Assembly: GCA_964187785.1 (NCBI GenBank)
Contig: OZ076409.1
Span: 16,184,001-16,248,000 of the forward strand
Origin: Amphiscolops sp. MND2022
Taxonomy: Eukaryota
Reading direction: 5' to 3'
Length of the DNA: 64,000 nt
Made by a program: the position numbers and the translations under genes. This document shows positions 27,124-40,000 of the stretch, one piece after another; position 1 is the stretch's first letter; the number at the start of each line of letters is the position of its first letter. The notes beneath the pieces are model-generated. The model saw nothing but the letters and a program-made list of their open reading frames with translations. It searched no databases and had not been told where the DNA came from.

Positions 27124-28417
27124 ATGGAATCCTTGCCCGAAATGGATGTAGTTAACCGTAATCCCTCTGATATGCTTGCATCCCCTTTGATTATAACTAT
27201 TCAACAAAATGTTAACGAAGATAATAACTCTTCCTCCAACTCTCAACACCCCATAGAAACTATTCCTATTGAACAAGTAGATCATGTTAACGCAAGATCT
27301 CAAAAAAGAAAGTACCCAGATATAACTGCAGACAAACCTTTTATGGAATCTGGCGCTTGCCCTCCTTTCATAAAACCAATTAAACAAGATGAAGATAGAG
27401 ATTGTGAATTAGTTCCTATTCTCTCGTCAAAACACTTCACCTTTCAATCTCAGTTAACTTCGTTATACATGATTCCAACAAAATACAAATTCATCATCAG
27501 AGAATTTAAAAATGATTATCATACATCAATTGCTTCAAAATTGATTACCCCATATGATTGGTGGTTAAACAATAAAATGAAAATTTTCTCACTCCAATAC
27601 AACTTCCTCAGACCATCTCCATATGAACTTCGAACCGAAGAAAATGATGCAAACTTTTTGCCATACCAAATCAAAAAGGCTCACCACATGACTTATCAAG
27701 AAGTTTCTTCAATATAAAGAGCCCGATAATTATATATTCTTCAATTCCAAATATACATCGCCATTCACTTTCAACTCAGAATATTTAATAGATCATACCA
27801 AAACAAAAGGAAAACTTAGAAATTATGACCCGCTGAAACAAAGTTTACTCTTCCTTCCAAATGATAACCCAAAAAGACCAATCATTGTACCACAAGAATA
27901 CCTCATTCTGAACGACGATTCGTTACTACAAGAAGATATACCTCAACATATATCTGATCCTCTTCCTCCACTTCAACATATAGCCTCTCAACCTTTGGGA
28001 GACTGTGAAAAATCTTATTTTCACGCAATGACCAAAAAGGGATATTCGAATATTGAATTAATTTTCAATATTTCTCATCTGCTTTCACTTCTTACAAATG
28101 GAAATCACAAAGAATATAAAAAAGCAAAACAAAAATCGCCTAAGAAAACCAAAAATGATATTCCCCAACCACAAAGTTTTCGCCCAACAGACGAATTACA
28201 GAAATATACAGAAATTCTGAATGTCATAAAACCGTATCATCATCCGAACCGAGATATTCCTATAACAATCGCTGAAATCGTAAATACCCTTGAACAAGCT
28301 CGAAGCATAATACAAAATATCGTATTTGATACGACAAGAATTAGCCAATCAGCTTTGTGCATTCGCACATCTTTAGACGAATTCAACTACACTATTGAAA
28401 AAATGCATCGACCTTAA
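27124..28417 (+). pseudogene. Accessory ORF(s) downstream of env, unknown function
   Basis: Track ORFs 27124..27717 and 27995..28417 on the element sense strand; probably one broken ORF. Confidence 0.45.
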
Positions 28418-28915
28418 CTGGTAATTATGGGATAATCACTTTAAAATTGTTAACACTTACCACTTAATCTCCTAACAACCTGTCAAAATTAATTGAGTCT
28501 ACACGTATATGCCTGATATGCACGATTATAATACATGCTTGATGTTAAAATACTCTTTTAAAATAAAATAACATAAAAAAATTCAATCACGACTTAAAAA
28601 TTTTCAACAAAATTCCTCAATTGCTCCTCCTTTTAATGGACCGAATTCAACAAATAAGTACTTATATGAAAGATATTTAAATACCCTTCAAAAGACTTCC
28701 AAAATACAACAACTTAATTCTTAAAATTAAAAAGTTATAATATCACAAAGTTCAATAACAAAATGTCAACTACGAAATTCTATTTTCAAAGAAACTTTAT
28801 TGTAAACAAACTAATCTATTTTAGGTGAATATCGTCACAACTGCTTCTTCAGCATTCTTTCCTCCTCGACATAGACTGCCCGATAGCTCCTCTTCTTTCA
28901 ATTTCTTCAGCTCGA

Positions 28916-29323
28916 TTGCGATCCTTGATCCAGAAAAAGCATTTAACGACATTAAATGCGCAGCTTAGAACAGACAAAAAGGCAGGCCCACATCTTACAA
29001 GGATGATATTGCTTAATATGTTCCAAATATTCCAAATAACAAGAATAAATTTCGACCAATATCTCCATATTCATAAACATCCTGACACTTATTCAACCCA
29101 ACGAGACGCCACTACCCAAACAGAACATACTACTATCAAGCCCAAACGTTTAGTACGAAATCTATCCAATAGAATGCGTTCTGAAATGGAAAAACAACGT
29201 CTAAATTCTTATTGGCCTTCAGACGATAACGATGATACTGACGAAGAACTTCAAAAAGACCCTCCAGAAGCACTTATAGATGATAATTATCCGCACAAAA
29301 CATATACTTACGTTTCTTTCTAA
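28916..29323 (+). pseudogene. Further accessory ORF fragment in giant element
   Basis: 135 open codons with acidic C-terminus; sense strand. Confidence 0.3.
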
Positions 29324-30388
29324 TATTAACAGACGCCATCAACAACACCCGTCCACTCCCATCTTCGAATCCCACATCTTCAACGATTGATCGTCGCAGA
29401 TCAGCACCCATCTTCAACTTCATCGCCGCCCAACAGTTGCCCATCTTCATTCATCTGCTGACCCTTCTTCATCCATCTTCCAATCTTCAATCGTCACCCA
29501 TCCAATTCTCAGCCGAAGATGATCGATAATTAATAATAAAGAAAACTCAAAGAAAAAACATTGTGCATGATAACATTTCGAAAAGTTTCAAACTCATCTA
29601 ATATTTAAAGAATTCAAACTCTTATCGAAAATATTCACTATGTAGTTATTATTTCAAATTTCATCCCCACCCACATTTATTTGCCCAAAAATCCTTTATT
29701 CACACCCGTACCGATATTTATTTGCTTTATTTTTAAAGAATAATTAGTAATAATTATTATTTTTCGGTGCTATCCTCTCCAAAAAATTAACAAATATTAT
29801 CAACAAATCTTTTCAAATTTCAACAAAACCAGCTCAAAATTAAATCAATCACATTGTTCAAATCAAATTCGAATAATGACAAACCCAAATTCTCGACGTT
29901 TTCAACATTTGTTACATAACAAACCCGCCAAAGTTAATCACAACCTGAAATCTTTTCAGACAAATTTCACACTCGATGGAAAAATTTTCTCTTCTCAACG
30001 ATATTATTTCAATGACTCTTTGACCTTTAACTCGTATGATGTTTGCTCACGTTTGTTCAATGCGAAGTTCTTTCAAAAACTTCAACAGAAGCATAAAATT
30101 GAGCATCTACCAGTTCAAAAAACAAGCCGACGAAAGCATAGTGAAAAAGAACACTTTGACGTTTTTTGAACTGTAGTCGCACCTACGAGGTGTCAATCAA
30201 AATTTTGACAATTCGAGGTACACCAATGAGTCGAACTTACACCACTCTTAACGAGACTTATGCCAATCATCCATCTAATGAAAAATGTTAACTAGCTGAA
30301 ACGCTAAGAACATTTAAACAAAAAATTTTCTTCATTTCAATTAATGATGCTACTTTAAAATTTTATTTTATTTAAAAACCGGGATGGA

Positions 30389-30657
30389 TGTACTGACCTA
30401 CACTAATAACCAATAGTATTTAGATGTTTATAGAATGTTCTAGAATGTACATTTATTTGTTATTGAATGATTGTAAATCTCTAAACCCTCAGAGAGAGAA
30501 AACTAATAATCAGTATTCAGTTGACTTCCTTTTTGTTCTGCTTCTAACACCTCGAACTAGTTGTAATAAAGTAAGCTAGCTAGCCTGTCTCTCAGCCGCT
30601 TTTAGTAGTTGTGAATAAGACCATCCAAAGAAGTAACCAACCATTGAAAGCAGCACA
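30389..30657 (+). repeat. 3' LTR of giant element
   Basis: Direct repeat of 12336-12604. Confidence 0.95.
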
Positions 30658-30770
30658 TTAACAAAGAAAATTTTCTTGGATTTACGATTGATGAATACAT
30701 CAGATTTTGTTTAATTTTGGCAAAGTGATCGTATGTCCTAATAATAGCACCATTATAGCAAAATTCGAAA

Positions 30771-31423
30771 GCACCATTGGAAAGAGCGTCCAAGAAAACC
30801 TCCATGCTGAAGTTTTTGCTGCCATCAATTGAATTTTCATTGAGTTATGTCATTTTTACATTTTTCACAAAATGTGGTTCAACTTCGGTGACAGTTTTGC
30901 AAAATGTGTGAAATTGAAAAGATAGCAGAAAACGGACAACGCCATTAGAAAGAGCGTCCAAAAAACCCCCATGCTGAAATTTTCGCCGCCATCACTTGAT
31001 TTTTCATTGAGTTATGTCATTTTTACATTTTTCACAAAATGTGGTTTAACTTCGGTGACAGTTTTGCAGAAGGGGTCAAAATGAACAGATAGCAACAAAC
31101 GGACAACGGCATTGGAAAGAGGGCCCAAAATTACCCCTAAAACGTGTTTTTTACACTCCTGAGTCGACTTTTGATAATACATGAAATTTCATTTTTAAGC
31201 ATACTAATTTATGCTTTTCAGCATACATTTTCGTAATAGAGTCAAAAGTTTGCTTTTTTACAGATTTTCTAAAATTTTTTAGTTTCATTAGATGTCAAAA
31301 ACCTAAAACGTTGTCTTTTTATGAGAATTTCCCCTCAAAACAAGTTGCTGGCTGGTAATGGTAAGTCCGTACTGCAGATAGGAGTCTCGCGCTCAAAAAA
31401 TTGACTCTTTGCTTTTAGCCGAA
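30771..31423 (+). repeat. Orphan diverged copy of the 5S/SL spacer, ending 6 nt into the SL sequence
   Basis: Colinear with the array spacer (168-bp subrepeats, GAGGGCCCAAAATTACCCC, CTGGTAATGGTAAGTCCGTAC, TTGACTCTTTGCTTTTAGCC); stops at GCCGAA. Confidence 0.9.
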
Positions 31424-31452
31424 CTAGCAAACCCGCTGCCGCCTACGGCGGC
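31424..31452 (-). mobile_element. Helitron-type 3' terminus
   Basis: Minus strand reads GCCGCCGTAGGCGGC (hairpin), 10 nt, CTAG, then host T. Confidence 0.65.
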
Positions 31453-31679
31453 TAATTAAAGAGGTTTAATGGATATGAGGTATCAAAAAGTGAATGATAA
31501 AACTCCCAACTGTTATCCCTGATAGTGGACGCCTCTTTTCCGAAAACATCCGGATTGGAAACATCCGGTATCTAACAGCATTCAGAGTCTTGACGTTTGA
31601 GTAATCCAGAGAAGGAAAGGCCGAAGTCCAAAGGAATTTTTGGTATTCACGCCGACAATTTTTGAAAGTTAAAAATCGA

Positions 31680-34060
31680 GAGATGGGATCGATCTCTAGA
31701 CACTGGAAAGAGAGCATAGCACACAACCTCTACGCTATTGGTTATTGATTCGAACTCCGTGAATGTGGACGCCTCTTCTTCGAACACACGCAGATTTTGA
31801 AAAATAATTGCCTGTATAAATTCTTTGCAAAACAAAAGTTAATTAAAAGTTTTGAACTCAAGCGATTGTTATGAGAGCCTAGTACGCAACCTCTACGCTA
31901 TCGGTCGTTGATTCGCGATCCGTGGTAGTGCACGTCTCTTCTTCGAATACACGCAGATTTTGAATTCTAATTGCCTGTATAAATACTTTTCAATACAAAC
32001 GTTGACTGATGGTTTCGAACTCGAGCGATTGGTATAAGAATTTAGCACACGAACTCTACGCCTTCCACTGTTGATTGGAGCTATGTGATAGTGAACACAG
32101 AACAGGTTCAGCGTCGGAGCAGTGTTGCCAATATAGTAAAGTTGAAAAAATGGAAGAAATTGAACAACAACGTTAGAGAGACCGTCCACCAAAACTCCCA
32201 CGCTGTTGTAACGTTTTTGTCGAGAAACGTGGTTTAACTCTGTTGACAGTTTTGCAAAATGAAAAAAATGGAGAACATAATTGGAAAAATCGTTAAAAAA
32301 CCCCACGGTAAAAATTTTGCTGCGTTCCTTGGAAAGTTCACTGACTTATACATTAGTTCATTTTGTCAATCTTCAGTGACAGTGCTGCAAAATAGGTAAA
32401 ATTGAAAAATTGGTGAAAATAGACATTGCCATTGAAATGGGTGTCCACAAAACCTTCCATGCTGTAATTTTTGTGCCTTCCAATGAGTGTTAACGGCGTT
32501 TTTGTTGAATAATTTTGTCATAATTTTGCGGTATTTTGACTTTTCCAAAAAACGTTGTTTAATTTCGGTGACAATGTTGCAGAATCACGATCGCATTCTT
32601 TGCAAAACAAAAAAACTATGAGTTTTGAACTCATGGGATTGTTATGAGAACCTAGTACACGACCTCTGCACCATCCACTGTTGATAGCAGCTATGTGATA
32701 GTGTATTTAGCACAGGTAAAAAGAAGATGGAATTTGAAAAACATTGTTGATAGACGGAATCGAACTCAAGCCATTGGAAAAAAAATCTGATGCGCAACCT
32801 CTACGCTATCGGTTGTTGACTCAAACTCCGTGTCTGTTGACGCCTTTTGTTCCGAAAACAGCGGTATTTTGGTTTCTAAAAGCCCTTAAAGCCTTGACGT
32901 TTGGGCAATTCAGAAAAAAAAGGTCAAAGTCCAAAAGAACTTTTGCTTATGGTATTCAATAATTCAACAACTTTTGCGCTATCCGATACATGTCAATTTA
33001 AACAACCAAGTTGGGTGAAAGGAAAACCAAACTATCAACTCAAGTGCGAATCCAAGTCCAACTCGGGGATCGAACCCAATGCTACCAGAACAACACTCTA
33101 ACGAACCTTTTCACTAACGTAATCTCTAGGCCACGAGATTTTGCAAAACAGTGGTTGTAAGCGATCCACAAAGGGAAAAGAAAGACCCCAGTGCTAATGA
33201 AAGACTGTTCACGCCGATAATTTTTTTCCATAAGATCGATAGGAGGAATCGATTTCAAGACATTGGAAACAGAGTCCGATACCCAACTTCTTCGATATCG
33301 GTTGTTTATTCAAGCTCCGTTTGAACTCGCGCGACTGTTATGAGAGCCTAGTAAACAACCTCTGTACCATCCACTGTTGATTGCAGCTATGTCCTAGTGA
33401 ATCTAGCATTGGAAAATTTGAATTAAAAATTGAAAAACAATGTTGATAGAGGGAAGCGAACTCAAGGCATTGGAATGAGAATCTGATATGCAACCTCTAC
33501 GCTATCGATTGTTGATTGAAACTCCGTGATAGTCGACGCCTCTTTTGCAAAAACACCCGGACTATGATTTCTAAAAGCATTTAGAGTCTTGACGTTTGAG
33601 TGATCCAGAAGAAGGAAGGGTAAAGTGCAAAGAACTTCTGGTGTTCAAGTTTTCACAATTTTTGCCTTATATGATTAATGTCAAATTAAATAACCATGTT
33701 GGGTGAAAAGAAAACCAAATATCAACACAAGTGCGGATGCAATCCACCCCGGGGATCGAATACAAAGCTACCAGAACAACACTCTAACAAAAACATCCAC
33801 CAACGTAACCTTTAGGCCACGATATCTAGACACACCGTGGTTATAAGAGAATCACTACGAGAAAAGAGTAGTCTTTTGAAAACAGTACTTTTGAAAGACT
33901 GCTGACGACGACAATGTTTAAAACTAAAAGATCGAAAGAGGGGATCGAACTGAAGACATTGGTGGCAGAGTTTGATACGCCACCTCTACGCTATCGGCTG
34001 TTTATTCAAGCTCCGATAGGTTAACGCCTGCGCCATAACGAACTTGCATCGCCGAGCACA
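31680..34060. repeat. Degenerate, irregular relatives of the 445-bp satellite modules
   Basis: Recurrent GGAATCGAACTCAAG..CATTGGAA..GCAACCTCTACGCTATCG and CGGGGATCGAA..CCAGAACAACACTCT motifs. Confidence 0.75.
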
Positions 34061-34084
34061 GACTTTACGTACGCAGATATTTTG

Positions 34085-37000
34085 CTCTGTCCACGATGTT
34101 TTGCGAAACAGTTGTTTTAGGCGCACCATTAAGGGAAAAAATAATCCAGTGTTTTTGAAAGACTGTCCACGCTGACAACGTTTTTAAAAAATTGGTTAAG
34201 GGAATCGAACTCAAGACATTGGAATGGAAATCTAACACGCAACCACTACGCCATTGACGGTTGAAAAGATAGGAAAAAATGGACAACGTTATTGGAAAGA
34301 GTCCAAAAATCCCTATGTTGAAAATTTTGCCGCTTCCAAAGTAAGCATTCCAATTCAAATTTTAGACGAATTCAGAATGCTATATTCGGTATGTGTAGAA
34401 TTAAACAACCACGTTGGTGTAGGCAATAACACTCTATCAATTCAAGTGCGGAACAATTTCCATCCCCGGGGACCGAACCCAAAGATACCAGAACAACGCT
34501 ATACCAAACCTAAAAACCACCAACGCAACATCTAGGCCACGATATTTTGCGAAACAGTGGTTTTAGGCGCACCATTAAGGGAAAGAATAATCCAGTGTTT
34601 TTGAAAGACTGTCCACGCTGACAACGTTTTTAAAAAAATCGTTAAGGGAATCGAAATTAAGACATTGGAATGGAAATCTAACACGCAACCACTACGCCAT
34701 TGACTGTTGAAAAGATAGGAAAAAAGGGACAAAGTTATAGGAAAGAGTCCAAAAATCCCTATGTTGAAATTTTTGCCGCTTCCAAAGTAAGCATTCCAAT
34801 TCAAATTTTGGACGAATTCAGAATGTTATATTCGGAATGTGTCGAATGAAACAACCACGTTGGGTGTAAGCAATACCACTCTATCAATTCAAGTGCGGAA
34901 CAAATTCCATCATCGGGGTCCGAACCAAAAGATACCAGAACAACGCTATACCAAACCTAAAAACCACCAACGCAACCTCTAGGCCACGATATGTTGCGAA
35001 ACAGTAGATTTAAGAGCACCACTAGGGGAAAAGAATAATCCAGTGCTTTTGAAAGACTGTGTGCACGCTGACAACGTTTTAAAAAATTATGATTGGGGGA
35101 ATCGATTTCAAGACATTGGAATGAAAATCTAACTCGCAACTACTACGCCATTGACTGTTGAAAAGATGCGAAAAAATGGACAACGTTATTGGAAAGAGTC
35201 CAAAAATCCCCATGTTGAAAACTTTGCCGCTTCCAAAGAAAGCATTCCAATTCAAATTTTGGACGAATTTAGAAAGCTATATTAGGTATGTGTCGAATTA
35301 AATAACCACGTTGGGTGTAAGCAATAAAAATCTATCAGTTAAAGTGCGGAACAAATCCATCCCCGGGGACCGAACCCAAAGATACCAGAACAACGCTATA
35401 CCAAACCTAACCACCAACGCAACCTCTAGGCCACGATATCTTGCGAAACAGTAGTTTTAGGCGCACCACCAAGGGAAAAGAATAATCCAGTGCTTTTGAA
35501 AGACTGTGCACGCTGACAAAGTTTTTTTTTTAAAAAAAATTATGATTGAGGGAATCGAACTCAAGACATTGGAATGGAAATCTAACACGCAACCACTACG
35601 TCATTCACTGTTGAAAAGATGTGAAAAAAGTTACAACGTTATTGGAAAGAGTCTAAAAATCCCTATGTTGAAAATTTCGCCGCTTCCAAAGTAAGCATTC
35701 CAATTCAAATTTTAGACGAATTCAGATTGCTATATTCGGTATGTGTCAAATTAAACAATCACGTTGGATGCAAGCAAAAAAACTCTATTAATTCAAGTGC
35801 GGAACAACTTCCATCCCCGGGGACCCAACCCAAAGCCCAAAGGTACCAGAACAACGCTATGCCAAACCACCAACGCAACCTCTAGGCTACGATATCTTGC
35901 GAACCAGTGGTTTTGGGCGCACCACTAAGGGAAGAGAATAATCCTGTGCTTTTGAAAGACTGTCCACGCTGACAACGTTTTTAAAAAAATCGTTAAGGGA
36001 ATCGAAATTAAGACATTGGAATGGAAATCTAACACGCAACCACTACGCCATTGACTGTTGAAAAGATAGGAAAAAAGGGACAAAGTTATAGGAAAGAGTC
36101 CAAAAATCCCTATGTTGAAATTTTTGCCGCTTCCAAAGTAAGCATTCCAATTCAAATTTTGGACGAATTCAGAATGTTATATTCGGAATGTGTCGAATGA
36201 AACAACCACGTTGGGTGTAAGCAATACCACTCTATCAATTCAAGTGCGGAACAAATTCCATCATCGGGGTCCGAACCAAAAGATACCAGAACAACGCTAT
36301 ACCAAACCTAAAAACCACCAACGCAACCTCTAGGCCACGATATGTTGCGAAACAGTAGATTTAAGAGCACCACTAGGGGAAAAGAATAATCCAGTGCTTT
36401 TGAAAGACTGTGTGCACGCTGACAACGTTTTAAAAAATTATGATTGGGGGAATCGATTTCAAGACATTGGAATGAAAATCTAACTCGCAACTACTACGCC
36501 ATTGACTGTTGAAAAGATGCGAAAAAATGGACAACGTTATTGGAAAGAGTCCAAAAATCCCCATGTTGAAAACTTTGCCGCTTCCAAAGAAAGCATTCCA
36601 ATTCAAATTTTGGACGAATTTAGAAAGCTATATTAGGTATGTGTCGAATTAAATAACCACGTTGGGTGTAAGCAATAAAAATCTATCAGTTAAAGTGCGG
36701 AACAAATCCATCCCCGGGGACCGAACCCAAAGATACCAGAACAACGCTATACCAAACCTAACCACCAACGCAACCTCTAGGCCACGATATCTTGCGAAAC
36801 AGTAGTTTTAGGCGCACCACCAAGGGAAAAGAATAATCCAGTGCTTTTGAAAGACTGTGCACGCTGACAAAGTTTTTTTTTTAAAAAAAATTATGATTGA
36901 GGGAATCGAACTCAAGACATTGGAATGGAAATCTAACACGCAACCACTACGTCATTCACTGTTGAAAAGATGTGAAAAAAGTTACAACGTTATTGGAAAG

Positions 37001-40000
37001 AGTCTAAAAATCCCTATGTTGAAAATTTCGCCGCTTCCAAAGTAAGCATTCCAATTCAAATTTTAGACGAATTCAGAAAGCTATATTCGGTATGAGTCGA
37101 ATTAAACAACCACGTTGGATGTGAGCAATAAATCTCCATCAGTTCAAGAGCGGAACAAATACATCCCCTGGGACCGAACCCAAAAGATACCAGAACAACG
37201 TTATACCAAATCTAACCACCAACGCAACCTCTAGGCCACAATATCTTGCAAGACAGTGGTTTTAGACGCACCACTAAGGGAAAAGAAGAATCCAGTGCTG
37301 TTGAAAAACTGTGCACGCTGACAAAGTTTTTAAAAAATTATGATTGAGGGAATCGAACTCAAGACATTGGAATGGAAATCGAACACGCAACCACTACGCC
37401 ATTGACTGTTGAAAAGACGTGAAAAAAGTAACAACGTTATTGGAAAGAGTCCAAAAATCTCTATGTTGAAAATTTTGCCGCTTCCAAAGTAAGGATTTCA
37501 ATTCAAATTTTGGACGAATTCAGATTGCTATATTCGGTATGTGTCAAATTGAACAATCACGTTGGATGCAAGCAAAAAAACTCTATTAATTCAAGTGCGG
37601 AACAACTTCCATCCCCGGGGACCCAACCCAAAGGTACCAGAACAACGCTATGCCAAACCACCAACGCAACCTCTAGGCTACGATATCTTGCGAACCAGTG
37701 GTTTTGGGCGCACCACTAAGGGAAAAGAATAATCCAGTGCTTTCGAAAGACTGTGCACGCTGACAGTTTTTTAAAAAAAATAATGATTGAGGGAATCGAA
37801 CTCAAGACATTGGAATGGATGAAATCTAACACGCAACCACTACGCCATTGACTGTTGAAAAGACGTGAAAAAAGTAACAACGTTATTGGAAAGAGTCCAA
37901 AAATCTCTATGTTGAAAATTTTGCCGCTTCCAAAGTAAGCATTTCTATTCAAATTTTGGACGAATTCAGAATGCTATATTCGTTATGTGTCGAATTGAAC
38001 AACCATGTTGGGTGTAAGCAATAAAACTCTATCAATTCAAGTGCTGAACAAATTTCCCGGGGACCAAACCCAAAGATGCCCGAACAACGCTATACCAAAC
38101 CTAACCACCAACGCAACCTCTAGGCCACGATTTCTTGCGAAACAATGGTTTTAGGCGCACCACTAAAGTAAAAGAATATTCCAGTGCTTTTGAAAAACTG
38201 TACACGCTGACTAAGTTTTTAATAAATTTTTTATTTAGGGAATTGAACTCAAGACATTGTAATGGAAATCTAACACGCAACCACTACGCCATTGACTGTT
38301 GAAAAGATGTTAAAAAATGGACGACGTTATTGGAAAGAGTCCAAATATCCCTTTGTTGGAAATTTTGCTGTTCCAAAATAAGCATTCCAATTCAAATATT
38401 GGACAAGTTCAGAATGCTATAATCGGTATGTGTCGAATTAAACAACCAAGTTGGGTGCAATACCACTCTATCAATTAAAATGTTGAACAAATTCCATCCC
38501 CGGGGACCGAACCCAAAGATACCAGAACAACGCTATACCAAACCTAATCACCAACGCAACCTCTAGGCCACGATATCTTGCGAAACAGTGGTTTTAGGCG
38601 CACCACTAAGAGAAAAGAATAATCCTGTGCTTTTGAAAGACTGTGCACGCTGACAGTTTTTTTAAGCAAATAATAATCGAGGGAATCGAACTCAAGACAT
38701 TGGAATGGAGGAAATCTAACACGCAACCACTACGCCATTGACTGTTGCAAAGAAGTGAAAAAACGGAAAACGTTATTGGAAAGAGTCCAAAAATCCCTAT
38801 GTTGAAAATTTTGCCGCTTCCAAAGTAAGCATTCCAATTCAAATTTTGGACGAATTCAGTATGCTATATTCGGTATGTGTCAAATTAAACAACCTAGTTG
38901 GGTGTAAGCAATAACTCTTTAACAATTCAAGTGCGGAACAAATTTCATCCCCGGGGACCGAACCCAAAGTTATCAGAACAACGCTATACCAATCCTAACC
39001 ACCAACGCAACCTCTAGGCCACAATATCTTGCAAGACAGTGGTTTTAGACGCACCACTAAGGGAAAAGAAGAATCCAGTGCTGTTGAAAAACTGTGCACG
39101 CTGACAAAGTTTTTGAAAAAATTATGATTGAGGGAATCGAACTCAAGACATTGGAATGGAAATCTAACACGCAACCACTACGCCATTGACTGTTGAAAAG
39201 ATGTGAAAAAATGGACAACGTTATTGGAAAGAGTCCAAAAATCCCTATGTTGAAACTTTTGCCGCTTCCAAAGTAAGCATTCCAATTCAAATATTGGACG
39301 AATTCAGAACGCTAAATTCCGTATGTGTCGAATTGAACAACCAAACTGGTTGTAAACAATAACACTCTATCAATTCAAGTGCTGAACAAATTCCCCGGGG
39401 ACCGACCCCAAAGATACCAGTACAACGCTATACAAAACCTAACCACCAACGCAACCTCTAGGCCACGATATCTTGCGAAACAGTGGTTTTAGACGCACCA
39501 CTAATTGAAAAGAAGAATCCAGTGCTGTTGAAAAACTGTGCACGCTGACAAAGGTTTTAAAAAAATTATGATTGAGGGAATCGAACTCAAGACATTGGAA
39601 TGGAAATCTAACACGCAACCACTACGCCATTGACTGTTGAAAAGATGTGAAAAAATGGACAACGTTATTGGAAAGAGTCCAAAAATCCCTATGTTGAAAA
39701 TTTTGCCGCATCCAAAGTAAGCATTCCATTTCAAATGTTGGACGAATTCAGAATGCTATTTTCGGTATGTGTCGAATTAAATAACCACGTTGGGTGTAAG
39801 CAATAAAAATCTATCAGTTCAAGTGCGGAACAAATCCATCCCCGGGGACCGAACCCAAAGATACCAGAACAACGCTATACCAAACCTAACCACCAACGCA
39901 ACCTCTAGGCCACGATATCTTGCGAAACAGTAGTTTTAGGCGCACCACTAAGAAAAAAGAATAATCCAGTGCTTTTGAAAGACTGTGCACGCTGACGAAG

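Larger units (their letters stand above)
12336..30657 (+). mobile_element. Giant (18.3 kb) env-bearing Ty3/gypsy LTR retroelement, decayed
   Basis: 269-bp TG...CA LTRs; 4-bp TSD TTAA (12332-12335, 30658-30661); PBS-like TGGTGCGAC after 5' LTR; purine-rich GGGATGGA before 3' LTR; gag, PR-RT-RH-IN, env-like ORF. Confidence 0.95.
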
